From: an uncultured Thermoleophilia bacterium
GTDB taxonomy: Bacteria > Actinomycetota > Thermoleophilia > Solirubrobacterales > 70-9
Assembly (NCBI GenBank): GCA_963708325.1
Contig: OY970203.1
Location: 2,172,642 to 2,236,641 of the forward strand
Direction: 5' to 3'
Length of the DNA stretch: 64,000 bases
Positions 35,603 to 46,588 of this stretch are shown here, piece by piece (within the stretch, counting starts at the first letter, position 1; each line of letters starts with the position of its first letter). Position numbers and translations under genes: made by a program. The notes under the pieces are model-generated. The model was not told the DNA's origin. It did no database searches and worked only from the letters and a program-made list of their open reading frames with translations.

Positions 35603-36436
35603 TCACCGCCGGCCCGGTCGTGTCACCCAGCGGTGGCCGAGCAGCCTCGTCACCGTCACCGTGCGGTAGCCGCGGCGGTGCAGGTTGGCGAGGATGCCGG
35701 GCAGGGCGGCGACCGTCTGGTCGCGCTCCCCGCCGCCGTCGTGGAGCATCACGATCGAGCCGGGGCGCACGTGGGAGACGACGCGGGCGTAGATGCGCCG
35801 TGTCCCCGGTCGCTCCCAGTCGTCGGGGTCGACGCTCCAGCGCACCGTCTGCATCCCCAGCATCCGCGCCCGTCGCACCAGGCGGCCGTCGATCACCCCG
35901 TACGGGGGACGGAACAGGCACGGCGTGAACCCGCTCGCGACACGGATCGCGGCGCTGGTCGCGGCCAGGTCGCGATGGGAGGGATCGGCGTCGTGGTGCA
36001 TCGAGTGGTTGCCGATTTCGCTGCCTGAGCGCACGATTCGCCGCATCACGCGCTCGTGACCGGGGATCACCTGGCCGACCTCGAAGAAGGTGGCCGTGGA
36101 GTCATAGCGTCGCAGCAGCCTCAGGATCCGCGGCGTGTAGGCGCTGGGGCCGTCGTCGAAGCTGAGCGCGACCAGGTTGCGCCCGCCGACCCGCCCGCGC
36201 CCGCTGGCGGCATGACGGCGCGGGATCGCGCTGCTGTGGCAGCCCCGATGGCGCGCAGGCGGGCGGTACCGCGGCGCGGCGGCGACCGGTCCCGGCCGGG
36301 AGGGGCGGGCGCGTTCGCGCGGCGGCCCCTGAGCGCCGTGCTGGGGCCGCTCGTTCGACGCCATCGCGACGGGCAGCGCCACGACGATGCCGAGGTAGGC
36401 GGCGAGCGAGATCAACAGGCGCCCTCGCTTCCCCAC
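35603..36436 (-). CDS. Polysaccharide deacetylase (NodB/CE4), membrane-anchored paralogue
   Basis: LSFDDGP, GNHSMHH, FRPPYG and IVMLHDGG, with high similarity to the neighbouring gene. The GTG at 36436 gives VGKRGRLLISLAAYLGIVVALPV (TM helix) and avoids overlapping sufD. Confidence 0.75.
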   Translation of the reverse strand: MGKRGRLLISLAAYLGIVVALPVAMASNERPQHGAQGPPRERARPSRPGPVAAAPRYRPPARHRGCHSSAIPRRHAASGRGRVGGRNLVALSFDDGPSAYTPRILRLLRRYDSTATFFEVGQVIPGHERVMRRIVRSGSEIGNHSMHHDADPSHRDLAATSAAIRVASGFTPCLFRPPYGVIDGRLVRRARMLGMQTVRWSVDPDDWERPGTRRIYARVVSHVRPGSIVMLHDGGGERDQTVAALPGILANLHRRGYRTVTVTRLLGHRWVTRPGRR

Positions 36437-36455
36437 GGGCGCAGAGTCTATGAGC

Positions 36456-37635
36456 TCAGACGGGGCGGTCGAGGACGCCGCCGAGGCGGCGTTCGAGCGC
36501 GGCCGACAGCTCCTCACGCACCGGGCCCTCGGCGAGGCGCCCCACGAGGGCCTCGAGGAACCCCTCGACGATCAGGCGCTTCGCCGTCGGCTCGTCGAGC
36601 CCGTGCGAGCGCAGGTAGTGGAGCTGCTCGCGGTCGACCTGCGCGACCGCCGCGGCGTGGGTGCAGCGCACGTCGTTGGCCTCGATCTCGAGCCCCGGGA
36701 TCGCATCGGCGTGGGCGTCGGTGGAGAGCAGCAGGTTGCGGCTCTCCTGGAAGGCGTCGGTCCGCTGGGCGCCGGGATCGACCCGGATCATGCCGCGCCA
36801 GACCGCCGTGGCGCGATCGGTGAGCACGCCGCGAAAGGCCAGGTCGGACGTGGTGTTCTCGGCGGCGTGCTCCTGGGTGGTGTCGAAGTCGAGGTGCTGG
36901 CGGTCGCGCCCGGCGTAGGCCCCGGTGACCCGCGCGCTCGCCCCCCGGCCCGCCAGCTTGGTCTCCATCCGCACCTTGCCGCGCGCCGAGCCGAAGCCGA
37001 GCGCCACCCAGTCCAGCGTGGCGTCCCGCTCGACCTCGGCCCGCTGGGTGGCGAAGACCCAGGAGCGCTCGGAGAGGTCCTGTTGGCAGATGTAGCGGAG
37101 GCGCGCTGCGGGGCCCACCGACAGCTCGACGACGCCGTTGAGCAGGCCGCCGTCGCCGTCCGAGGCGTAGCGCTCCCAGAGCTCTGCCTCGGCCCCCTCC
37201 TCGAGCACGACGAGCGTGCGCCAGGAGAGGCCGCCTGCGGCGTCATCGGGCTCGACGGTGAGCCGCACGGGCGTCTCCAGCCGCTGCCCGGCGGGGACGT
37301 AGACGAGCACCCCGTGGCGCCAGGAGGCCTCGTTCCGGGCGACGAAGGGGTCCTCGGCGGCGACGACGGTGCCGAGGTGCGCTCGCACCAGGTCGGGGGC
37401 CCGCTCGACCGCCTCGTCGAGCGGCATCACGAGCGGTCCCTCGGCGCTGCCCCGGCCGTCTTCGAGCCCCTCCACGCGTGGCGTTGCGGGCGCGAACGAG
37501 TCCAGCTCGAGGTCGGCGAGGTCGGTGAACTCCCATCCCTTCGCCTTGGGGTCGGGAAGCGCCAGCTCACTCGCAAGAGAGGCGCCGTTCCGGCGCCTCT
37601 CGACAAGCCAATCCGGCTCAGCGGACGCGACGGCG

Positions 37636-37643
<8 letters not shown>
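36456..37643 (-). CDS. sufD: Fe-S cluster assembly protein SufD
   Basis: 395 aa with the SufBD beta-helix C-terminus ...[24 protein letters not shown]. It overlaps the sufB stop. Confidence 0.85.
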
Positions 37644-39069
<1,426 letters not shown>

Positions 39070-39074
39070 GTGGG

Positions 39075-39401
39075 TTAGTCGACCTCCAGTTTGACGGTTC
39101 CGTCCTCGATGGTCACCGGAAACGTGCGGACGGGGACATACGCGGGCAGAGTCTTGGGCCTGCCGGACGTCAGGTCGAACAGCGACCCGTGCCTGGGGCA
39201 CTCCACCGTACAGGTCTCGGCGTCGAACTCGCCCTCGGCGAGCGGGCCGTCGTCGTGCGAGCAGCGGTCCTCAATCGCGTACAGCTCGCCGCCGCAGTTG
39301 AACACGCCGATCTTCAGCTCACTTGACTCGACCAGGCGCATCTCGCCCGCCCCCAGCTCGGCGGCCGGGCAGACGTCGATCTTTGTTGCCGTCTCGCTCA
39401 T
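39075..39401 (-). CDS. Rieske [2Fe-2S] ferredoxin (suf-associated)
   Basis: 108 aa with CxH...CxxH ligands ([10 protein letters not shown] ... [10 protein letters not shown]). Confidence 0.85.
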   Translation of the reverse strand: MSETATKIDVCPAAELGAGEMRLVESSELKIGVFNCGGELYAIEDRCSHDDGPLAEGEFDAETCTVECPRHGSLFDLTSGRPKTLPAYVPVRTFPVTIEDGTVKLEVD

Positions 39402-39538
39402 GTGACTCGAATCACTTATTCCTAGCTCCGAGGTCGGATTTTAGCGGTCGGGCGGGTCGTTCAAGGCGCGGTGCCCGCGAGGCGTCGAGCGAGTCGCAGG
39501 TGAGAGGATCGCGCGCAAGCCGATGCGAAGGAGGAACG

Positions 39539-40099
39539 ATGGCTGAGACGACGACCTACGCGCCCGGAGTGCCGTGCTGGGTGGACCTCGGCTCCCCCGA
39601 CATCGATGCGTCGGTCGCCTTCTACGGCGGGCTTCTCGAGCTGGGCCGCATGGCCCTGTTCACCGACCCGACCGGCGCCTTCCTCGGCATCTGGCAGGCG
39701 CGCGACTTCGCCGGAGCGGCCGCGGTCAACGAGCCCGGCTCGCTGTCCTGGAACGAGCTCGACACCCGCGATCCCGAGGCGGCGAAGACGTTCTACTCCG
39801 CCGTGTTCGGCTGGGAGGGCAGGGAGTCCGACGGCGAGGTCCCGTACACGCAGTGGTTCCTGCCCGGGCGCGAGGACCCCGTCGGGGGGATGCTCGACAT
39901 GCGCGGCCGCGTGCCCGACGAGGTGCCGCCGCACTGGAACGTCTACTTCGCGGTGGCCGACACGGACGCCGCGGTATCGAAGGCGCAGGAGCTCGGCGGC
40001 GGCGTCGCGATGCCGCCGATGGACGTGCCGGTCGGCCGCTTCGCGCTGCTGTCCGATCCAAGCGGCGCCCACTTCTCGGTGATCAGGCTGAACCGGTAA
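39539..40099 (+). CDS. VOC (glyoxalase/bleomycin-resistance) family protein with shortened first module
   Basis: 186 aa from the ATG at 39539, preceded by GAAGGAGGA. PGVPCWVDLGSPDIDASVAFYGGL is followed immediately by GRMALFTDPTGAFLGIWQ and then a complete second module (SWNELDTRDPEAAKTFYSAVFGW...GRFALLSDPSGAHFSV). Confidence 0.65.
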   Translation: MAETTTYAPGVPCWVDLGSPDIDASVAFYGGLLELGRMALFTDPTGAFLGIWQARDFAGAAAVNEPGSLSWNELDTRDPEAAKTFYSAVFGWEGRESDGEVPYTQWFLPGREDPVGGMLDMRGRVPDEVPPHWNVYFAVADTDAAVSKAQELGGGVAMPPMDVPVGRFALLSDPSGAHFSVIRLNR

Positions 40100-40108
40100 C
40101 CCGGTTCG

Positions 40109-40696
40109 TCAATGCGGGCCCGCCGAAGGGTGGCGGACGGGTGGCTCGCTTCGAGGAAGCTCGAGGGCTCCGCCGAGCCGGTCCGCCCAGCGCAGGCCGA
40201 GCAGCGCGAGCCCCGGCGCGGCGGTGGAGAGGGCGACGAGCACGAACCAGGCCTGCCAGCCGTCGGTGCCCGAGCCGAACGAGTGCGCCACGGCGAGCAT
40301 CCAGAAGACAGCGGTGAGACGGTGCAGCTGGCGCCAGCGCGCCTGGCCGATCCTGTCGCGCGCGTAGTAGGAGAGCCCCAGCGCCGCCAGGCCGTAGCCG
40401 CCGACGATGCCGGCAGCGGTCCAGGCCGGGCGGTAGGGCGAGGCGAAGGGGATCGCGATCCCGCCCAAACCCGGCCTCAGCCAACCATCGCCGAGCAGGG
40501 AGACCCCGTGAATGCCGACCATCGCCAGGGTGCAGAGGGAGAGGATCTCGTGGACGGCCCGATAGTCGCCACGGGACCGCCCGGGCGAACCGCCTCGGAG
40601 GGCGAGGCCGAGGCCGACGCTCAGGCTCGAGGCGACGAGGGCGGCGACGCCGGCGGCGCGGCTGGTGATCCAGAAGATGTGGGGCCCCGCGGACAT
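40109..40696 (-). CDS. Integral membrane protein, ferric-reductase-like transmembrane domain (tentative)
   Basis: 195 aa, about 5-6 TM helices with conserved-looking His residues (AVHEILSL, MVGIHGVSLL, LAVAHSFG). Confidence 0.4.
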   Translation of the reverse strand: MSAGPHIFWITSRAAGVAALVASSLSVGLGLALRGGSPGRSRGDYRAVHEILSLCTLAMVGIHGVSLLGDGWLRPGLGGIAIPFASPYRPAWTAAGIVGGYGLAALGLSYYARDRIGQARWRQLHRLTAVFWMLAVAHSFGSGTDGWQAWFVLVALSTAAPGLALLGLRWADRLGGALELPRSEPPVRHPSAGPH

Positions 40697-40706
40697 GGCC
40701 TCGCGG

Positions 40707-41072
40707 TCAGGACGTCCTGGTGGAGACGGGCGGAGGCAGCGGGGGCTCCGGGGTTGCCGCCGGGGCCGGCGCAGCGGGCGCCGGCACCTGCACGATCTCT
40801 CCGGTGGACGGATCCACCGCGACCACCTCGGGCGCTGGCGCGGCCCGCTGGGGGCGCCGAGGAGCTCGTGTCTTTGCTGACCGCCGCGCCGCGGAGCCCG
40901 AGCCGAGCACGGGGTCGTTGCCGCTGACCATCTGGGCGAGTACGCCGATCCAGGCGGCCACGAAGACGCCGAGGCAGAAGGCGACGGTGCGCCTCCGAAG
41001 CCTCCCCAGGCGGCGGCGGCGAGTCGCGAGCCGCCTCCGCGCAGCCCGGCGCGAGTCCCTTTCGAGGCTCAT
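40707..41072 (-). CDS. Hypothetical single-pass membrane protein
   Basis: 121 aa from the ATG at 41072. Arg-rich N-terminus, TM helix VAFCLGVFVAAWIGVLAQMV and a Pro/Ala-rich tail. Confidence 0.4.
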   Translation of the reverse strand: MSLERDSRRAARRRLATRRRRLGRLRRRTVAFCLGVFVAAWIGVLAQMVSGNDPVLGSGSAARRSAKTRAPRRPQRAAPAPEVVAVDPSTGEIVQVPAPAAPAPAATPEPPLPPPVSTRTS

Positions 41073-41152
41073 ACCGCGAGGGTCGCGGGCGAATCCAAAG
41101 ATCGGCTTAAGCGCCGGTAATAGTTCGTTGAGCGAGGTAGCGGTACCGGCGC

Positions 41153-41578
41153 CTAGAAGGTCTCCGCCTCCGCCGAGTCGCCGCGCTCGCCCTCGTCCTC
41201 CCAGTCGGCCGGCTCGCCGAGGCTGGCGCTCTTGACGATCTTCAGCCCGAGCAGCGCGCACTTCATCCGCGTCGCCGAGATGTCGATGCCGAGCAGGTCG
41301 AGGACGAACTCCTTCGGCAGCTGAAGCAGCTCCTCGCGGGTCCTTCCCTCGAGCTCGTCGGTGAGAAGCGAGGTGGCCGCGGTGGAGATCGCACAGCCCT
41401 TTCCCTCGAAGGCGACCTCGGCGACGCGCCCGGCGTCGTCGAGCTTGATCGTCACGTGCTGCTCGTCGCCGCAGAAGGGGTTGAAATCCTCGAACTCGAG
41501 GTCGAAGTCCTCGAGGCGCCCGAAGTTGCGGGGGCGCTTGTAGTGATCGAGGATCTGCTCGCGGTAGAGCTCTTCCAT
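41153..41578 (-). CDS. sufU: SUF-system Fe-S scaffold SufU (NifU/IscU-like)
   Basis: 141 aa. LYREQILDHYKRPRNFG, three Cys ligands (NPFCGD, GKGCAIS, RMKCALL). The start overlaps the sufS stop. Confidence 0.85.
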   Translation of the reverse strand: MEELYREQILDHYKRPRNFGRLEDFDLEFEDFNPFCGDEQHVTIKLDDAGRVAEVAFEGKGCAISTAATSLLTDELEGRTREELLQLPKEFVLDLLGIDISATRMKCALLGLKIVKSASLGEPADWEDEGERGDSAEAETF

Positions 41579-42831
41579 CAGCCCAGCCGGAACACCCGCC
41601 GGGCGTCGTGCAGGCCCTCCACGAGACGGTCGATCTCCTCCGGCGTCGTGTAGACGCCGAAGCTGGCGCGGGTGGTGGCGGCGACGCCGAGGCGATCCAT
41701 CAGCGGCTGGGCGCAGTGATGCCCGGCGCGCACGGCGACCCCATGGCGGTCGAGGATCTCGGCGACGTCGTGCGCGTGCACGCCCTCGAGCTCGAACGAC
41801 ACCGGCCCGACCCGGTCCGCGCCGCGTCCGGGGCCGAACAGGCGCAGGCCGGGCACCTCGGGAAGGCGGGCGAGCGCGTAGTCGGCCAGCTCGCGCTCGT
41901 GGGCGAGCACGGCGTCCATCCCCAGGCCGTCGAGCCAGCGCAGCGCCGCGGCCATCCCGATCGCCTGCGCGATCGCCGGCGTGCCCGCCTCGAAGCGCTG
42001 GGGAGGGTCGGCGTAGGTTGTGCCCTCCCGGGTCACCTTGCGGATCATCGACCCGCCGCCGAGGAACGGCGGCATCGCCCGCAGCAGGTCCAGCCGCGCC
42101 CACAGGGCACCGATCCCGGTCGGCGCGTAGAGCTTGTGGCCGGTGAGCGCGTAGAAGTCGACCCCGAGCTCGGCGACGTCGAGCGGGAGCTTGGGCGCCG
42201 CCTGGGCGCCGTCGGCGAGGACCAGGGCCCCGGCGTCGTGCGCCATCCGCGAGACCTCCGCCAGCGGGTTGGTCGTGCCCAGCACGTTGGAGACGTGGGT
42301 GACGGCGACGAGCTTCGGCTCGTCCTCGAGCAGGCGGGCGAGGTCGTCGGTGTCGAGCAGGCCGTCATCGGTCACGCCCACCCAGTCGATCTCGGCGCCG
42401 ACGGCCTCGGCGAGCTGCTGCCACGGGACGATGTTGGAGTGGTGCTCCATCTCGGTGAGCACGATCCGGTCGCCGGCTCGCACGTTCGCCGCCCCCCAGG
42501 CGCGCGCGACGAGGTTGATCGCCTCGGTGGCGTTGCGGACGAAGACGACCTCGCGGCGGTCGGCGGCGCCGAGGTGGTCGGCGACGGTCGCCCGCGCGCC
42601 CTCGTAGGCGGCCGTGGCCTCCGCCGACATCGTGTGGGCGCCGCGATGGACGTTGGAGTGGTGGCGGCGCTCGTAGCGGTCGACCGCCTGGATCGAGGCC
42701 AGCACGCGCTGGGCGCTGGCACCGCTGTCGAGGTAGGCGAGCGGCCGGCCGTGGATCTCGCGCTCGAGGGCCGGGAAGGCGGCGCGGACCTTGTCGATCG
42801 GATAGCTGGCGGTGGTCGCAGTCGGCTCCAT
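41578..42831 (-). CDS. sufS: Cysteine desulfurase SufS (class V aminotransferase)
   Basis: 417 aa. PLP-Lys region ALTGHKLYAPTGIG and catalytic Cys loop RAGHHCAQPL. Confidence 0.9.
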   Translation of the reverse strand: MEPTATTASYPIDKVRAAFPALEREIHGRPLAYLDSGASAQRVLASIQAVDRYERRHHSNVHRGAHTMSAEATAAYEGARATVADHLGAADRREVVFVRNATEAINLVARAWGAANVRAGDRIVLTEMEHHSNIVPWQQLAEAVGAEIDWVGVTDDGLLDTDDLARLLEDEPKLVAVTHVSNVLGTTNPLAEVSRMAHDAGALVLADGAQAAPKLPLDVAELGVDFYALTGHKLYAPTGIGALWARLDLLRAMPPFLGGGSMIRKVTREGTTYADPPQRFEAGTPAIAQAIGMAAALRWLDGLGMDAVLAHERELADYALARLPEVPGLRLFGPGRGADRVGPVSFELEGVHAHDVAEILDRHGVAVRAGHHCAQPLMDRLGVAATTRASFGVYTTPEEIDRLVEGLHDARRVFRLG

Positions 42832-42842
42832 CGCGCCGGCCG

Positions 42843-43607
42843 CTATGCGGCGGCCTCCACCTCCTCGCGGATCCAGCCGTAGCCCTTCTCCTCGAGCTGC
42901 GCGACCAGCTCGGCGCCCCCCTGCTTGACGATCCGCCCCGCGTACATCACGTGCACGAAGGTGGCCTCGATCAGGTGCAGGATGCGCTGGTAATGGGTGA
43001 TGATCAGCACGCCCATGTCGGGCCCGGCGACGCTGTTGACCCCGTTGGCGACCGTGCGCAGGGCATCGATGTCCAGCCCCGAGTCGGTCTCGTCGAGGAT
43101 CGCCATCTGCGGCCGCAGCGCCGCCAGCTGGAGGATCTCCATGCGCTTCTTCTCGCCGCCGGAGAAGCCCTCGTTCAGGTAGCGGCTGGAGAACTCGGTG
43201 GGGATGTTGGCCAGCTCCATCGCTCCCTCGACGTGCTTGCGGAAGTCCTTCAGCTTGATCGGCTCCTCGCCCCGCGCCTCGCGATGCGCGTTGATCGCCA
43301 TCCGCAGGTACTTCGAGACGGTCACGCCCGGAATCGCCACCGGGTACTGGAAGGCCATGAACAGGCCCATCCGCGAGCGCTCGTCCGGGTCGGCTGCGGT
43401 GATGTCCTCTCCCTTGAACACGATCTCGCCCTCGGTCACCTCGAGCCCGGGGTGGCCCATGATCGCGTTGGCGAGGGTGGACTTGCCCGAGCCATTCGGT
43501 CCCATCAGGGCATGGATCTCGCCCCGTGACACCTCCAGGTCGAGCCCGCGCAGGATCTCCTTGCCCTCCGCGCGGACGTGCAGGTTGCGTATCTCCAGAT
43601 CGGCCAT
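42843..43607 (-). CDS. sufC: Fe-S cluster assembly ATPase SufC
   Basis: 254 aa. Walker A GPNGSGKST, signature FSGGEKKR and Walker B ILDETDSGLD. Confidence 0.9.
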   Translation of the reverse strand: MADLEIRNLHVRAEGKEILRGLDLEVSRGEIHALMGPNGSGKSTLANAIMGHPGLEVTEGEIVFKGEDITAADPDERSRMGLFMAFQYPVAIPGVTVSKYLRMAINAHREARGEEPIKLKDFRKHVEGAMELANIPTEFSSRYLNEGFSGGEKKRMEILQLAALRPQMAILDETDSGLDIDALRTVANGVNSVAGPDMGVLIITHYQRILHLIEATFVHVMYAGRIVKQGGAELVAQLEEKGYGWIREEVEAAA

Positions 43608-43638
43608 TCGTCTCCGTTGTCGTGCGGCGGCCGGCCGC

Positions 43639-44109
43639 CTACGCGGCGCGCCCCGCCACCGGCTCTTTGCTGTCGTGCTGCTCGGCGAACTCAGCCAGCT
43701 CGGCCACGGTCGTGCCGGCGAGCGCCTTCGTCACGCCGCCCTGGACGCGCGTCCAGAGCAGCTTCGTCGCGCAGGCGTGATCGCCGTCGGCCTCGTGCGA
43801 GCAGAGCACCTTGCCGTCTCGCTCGGGCTGAAAGCACTCCATCGGCGCGATCGCGCCCTCGAGCGCCTCGACGACATCGAGCATCGTGATCTCCTCCGCG
43901 GGCCTGGCGAGCTGGTAGCCGCCGTGCGCCCCGCGCCGGCTGGTCACGAGGTCGGCGTTGCGCAGCTTCGCCACCAGGTGCTCCATGTAGGAGAGCGGCA
44001 GCCGCTCCGCCTCGGCGACGGCGCTGAGCGCGACAGGGCCCTTGTCGCCCTGGCGCCCCAGCTCGACCATCAGTCGCACGCCGTACTCGGCCTTCGTCGA
44101 GAAAAGCAT
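43639..44109 (-). CDS. Rrf2-family transcriptional regulator
   Basis: 156 aa from the ATG at 44109. MLFSTKAEYGVRLMVEL...SYMEHLVAKLRNADLVTSRRGAHGGYQLA, with Cys residues (ECF, LCS, HAC) that could ligate a cluster. Confidence 0.85.
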   Translation of the reverse strand: MLFSTKAEYGVRLMVELGRQGDKGPVALSAVAEAERLPLSYMEHLVAKLRNADLVTSRRGAHGGYQLARPAEEITMLDVVEALEGAIAPMECFQPERDGKVLCSHEADGDHACATKLLWTRVQGGVTKALAGTTVAELAEFAEQHDSKEPVAGRAA

Positions 44110-44122
44110 CTCGACACAAATC

Positions 44123-44794
44123 CTAGCGATCCGGTCGGTTTTGGGAGCGAGCGCCGATCCGCTCGCGCAGCACCGGCCAGGGGTTGATCGTCCACGCCGT
44201 GCGGGCCGCCAGCCGCAGCGCCTCGGCGAGGGCGGAGATCCGAAAGCCCTCGTCGGGACCGGGCAGGTCGAAGCGGAACTCGACGTAGTCGGCGCCCGCC
44301 TCACGCCGCTCGGAGTGGCGCGGCGCGAGCTCCCTGAACAGCTCGATCGCGTCCGCGTTCTCCTCCAGCACGAGGGCGACGAAGTGGCGGATCCCCTCGT
44401 CGCGGGCGCGTGCCGAGAGCCTCTCCAGCAGCGTCGTCGCCACCCCGCGACCGTGCCATTCGTCGACCACGGTGACCGCCACCTCGGCGGTGTCGGCACC
44501 GGGCTCGCGCACGTATCGCGCCACCCCAACCGCCCGGCGGGTCGCCGGGTCGAATCCGACCAGCGCCTCGTGGTCGGAGTGGTCCACCTCGGTCAGATAG
44601 GCGAGGTCGCGGTCGCCGAGCCGGTTCAGCGGCGAGAAGAACCGCCGGTAGCGCGACTGGGCGCTGAGCCGCTCGAACCCGTCGGCTATCGCCTGCTTGT
44701 CGTCCGGGCGGACCGGCCGGATCGCGAGGCGGAAGCCGTCGCGCAGCTCGACCCGGTCTAGCTGCGCCGGGCGGCCGGCATCGGACCCGCCCAT
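44123..44794 (-). CDS. GNAT-family N-acetyltransferase
   Basis: 223 aa. Acetyl-CoA loop VVDEWHGRGVATTLLERL and N-terminal RYRRFFSP motif. Confidence 0.7.
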   Translation of the reverse strand: MGGSDAGRPAQLDRVELRDGFRLAIRPVRPDDKQAIADGFERLSAQSRYRRFFSPLNRLGDRDLAYLTEVDHSDHEALVGFDPATRRAVGVARYVREPGADTAEVAVTVVDEWHGRGVATTLLERLSARARDEGIRHFVALVLEENADAIELFRELAPRHSERREAGADYVEFRFDLPGPDEGFRISALAEALRLAARTAWTINPWPVLRERIGARSQNRPDR

Positions 44795-45423
44795 CAGGGC
44801 TCGATCAGGCCGCGCCGGATCGCGTAGCGGACGAGCTCGACGCGGTCCCGCATCCCCAGCTTGTGCATCGCGTTCGCCCGGTGGTTCTCGACGGTCTTCT
44901 CCGAGAGGTGCAGAAGCTCGGCGATCTCGCGGTTCGTGTGCGCCTCGGCGACTAGCTTCACGACCTCCTGCTCGCGCGGGGTGAGCTCGTCGGTCCCCTC
45001 GGAGTCGCGCTCGAGCACGTCCTTGATCAGCGCCCGCTGTGCGTCGGGCGTGAGGAACGGCTCGCCGCGCTCGACGGCGTGCACGGCGTCGAGCAGGTCC
45101 TCGTCGGCCTGCGCCTTGAGCACGTAGCCCGAGGCCCCCGCCTTCAGCGCCTCGAACAGGTAGCGCTCGTCGTCGTGCATGGAGAGGATCAGCACCGAGA
45201 CCTCGGGCGCCTGCTCCTTGATCTGGCGGGTCGCCTGAAGGCCGGTGAGCTTCGGCATCTTCACGTCGAGGATGGCGAGGTCGGGGCGCTCGCGGATGGT
45301 CATCTCAAGCGCCTCGACTCCGTCGGAGGCCTCGCCCACGACCTCGATCCCCTGCTGGCGCTCGAGCAGCAGGCGCAGGCCCGAGCGGACGATCCCGTGG
45401 TCGTCGGCGATCAGGATCCGCAT
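44794..45423 (-). CDS. NarL/LuxR-family response regulator
   Basis: 209 aa. Receiver MRILIADDH...AILDVKMP and LuxR HTH LTPREQEVVKLVAEAHTNREIAELLHLSEKTVENHR. Confidence 0.9.
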   Translation of the reverse strand: MRILIADDHGIVRSGLRLLLERQQGIEVVGEASDGVEALEMTIRERPDLAILDVKMPKLTGLQATRQIKEQAPEVSVLILSMHDDERYLFEALKAGASGYVLKAQADEDLLDAVHAVERGEPFLTPDAQRALIKDVLERDSEGTDELTPREQEVVKLVAEAHTNREIAELLHLSEKTVENHRANAMHKLGMRDRVELVRYAIRRGLIEP

Positions 45424-45456
45424 CGGCCGCCAGGCGGGTCGAAGCTCATGTCGGTC

Positions 45457-46419
45457 TCATGTTGTCAGGCGCACCCGGGTGCCGAGCCCCGGGCGCGACT
45501 CGATCTCCAGCTTGCCCCCGATCAGCAGGGCCCGCTCACGCATCCCGGTCAGGCCGAGGCCCCGCTGGGCCTCGTCGAATGTGAAGGCGCGGCCGTTGTC
45601 GGCGACCTCCAGCTCGACCTGCTCGCCCCGGCGGGCGAGCCGCACGGACACGCTGTCGGCGCCGGAGTGGCGGACGGCGTTGGACAGCGACTCCTGGGCG
45701 ACCCGGTAGACGACGAGCAGGACGTCGTCGTCAAGGGCGGAGAAGTCGCCCTCGGCCTCGAAGTCGGCGGAGATCTCCGCGTGGCGATCGATGTCGGCCA
45801 CGTGGCTGGCCAGCGCCGCGGCGAGCCCGAGGTCGTCGAGCGCCGTGGGGCGGAGCTGGCGCGCCAGGGAAAGAAGCTCGGCCATCGCCGTGTTTGCGAG
45901 CGCCTTCGTCTCGTTCAGCTCCCCGACCAGCTCCGGCGGCGCCTTCTCGCGCGCCGCCTCCAGATGCAGCAGCACCCCCGTCAGCGCCTGGTTGACCTCG
46001 TCGTGGAGGTCGCGGGCGACGCGGGCCCGCTCGCGCTCCTGCGCCCGGAGCGCGGCGCTGGAGGCGCGCCGGCGCTCCGCGTCGAGGCGGTCGAGCATGC
46101 GCAGGAACGCCAGCTCGAGGCGCTCCACCTCCTCGGTCTCGCCGCGCCCGTCGATCGACCTGGGCAGGGTGGTCGCCGGGTTGGCGAGGTCGACGCGCTC
46201 CATGTCCTCGATCAGCTGCTCCAGCGGCGTGAAGCGGCGCTGCAGCAGCCAGACGTTCACCGCCAGGGTCAGCGCCACCGCTCCGCCGACGACGAGCGCC
46301 ACGCGGGTGTCCGCCGTCAGCCGCTCGGGGTCGGTCGCCACGACGACCGCAACTGTCCCGCCGAGGATGAGGAGCAGGTTCGCGGCCAGGACCTGGGCGA
46401 GGAGGGTGCCTCTACGCAT
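45457..46419 (-). CDS. Sensor histidine kinase (HisKA_3 / NarX-DesK type)
   Basis: 320 aa. Two N-terminal TM helices, H-box ARDLHDEVNQALTG and HATPase C-terminus (ADNGRAF, GLGLTGMRERA). Confidence 0.85.
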   Translation of the reverse strand: MRRGTLLAQVLAANLLLILGGTVAVVVATDPERLTADTRVALVVGGAVALTLAVNVWLLQRRFTPLEQLIEDMERVDLANPATTLPRSIDGRGETEEVERLELAFLRMLDRLDAERRRASSAALRAQERERARVARDLHDEVNQALTGVLLHLEAAREKAPPELVGELNETKALANTAMAELLSLARQLRPTALDDLGLAAALASHVADIDRHAEISADFEAEGDFSALDDDVLLVVYRVAQESLSNAVRHSGADSVSVRLARRGEQVELEVADNGRAFTFDEAQRGLGLTGMRERALLIGGKLEIESRPGLGTRVRLTT

Positions 46420-46588
46420 GCTCCGCCAAGCGTAGCCCCCCGCTCAGCGGCCTCCGACGGCCCGCGGCGGGCGGCGGGGGGTGGGGTGCTCCCCGGATGC
46501 GTATAGGGGATGGACCCCATAGGCGGAGACGCGAGTTGCGCGGATAATGGCGGCGGCGTCCCTTCCCGCAAGGAGATCGAATTCTGCG

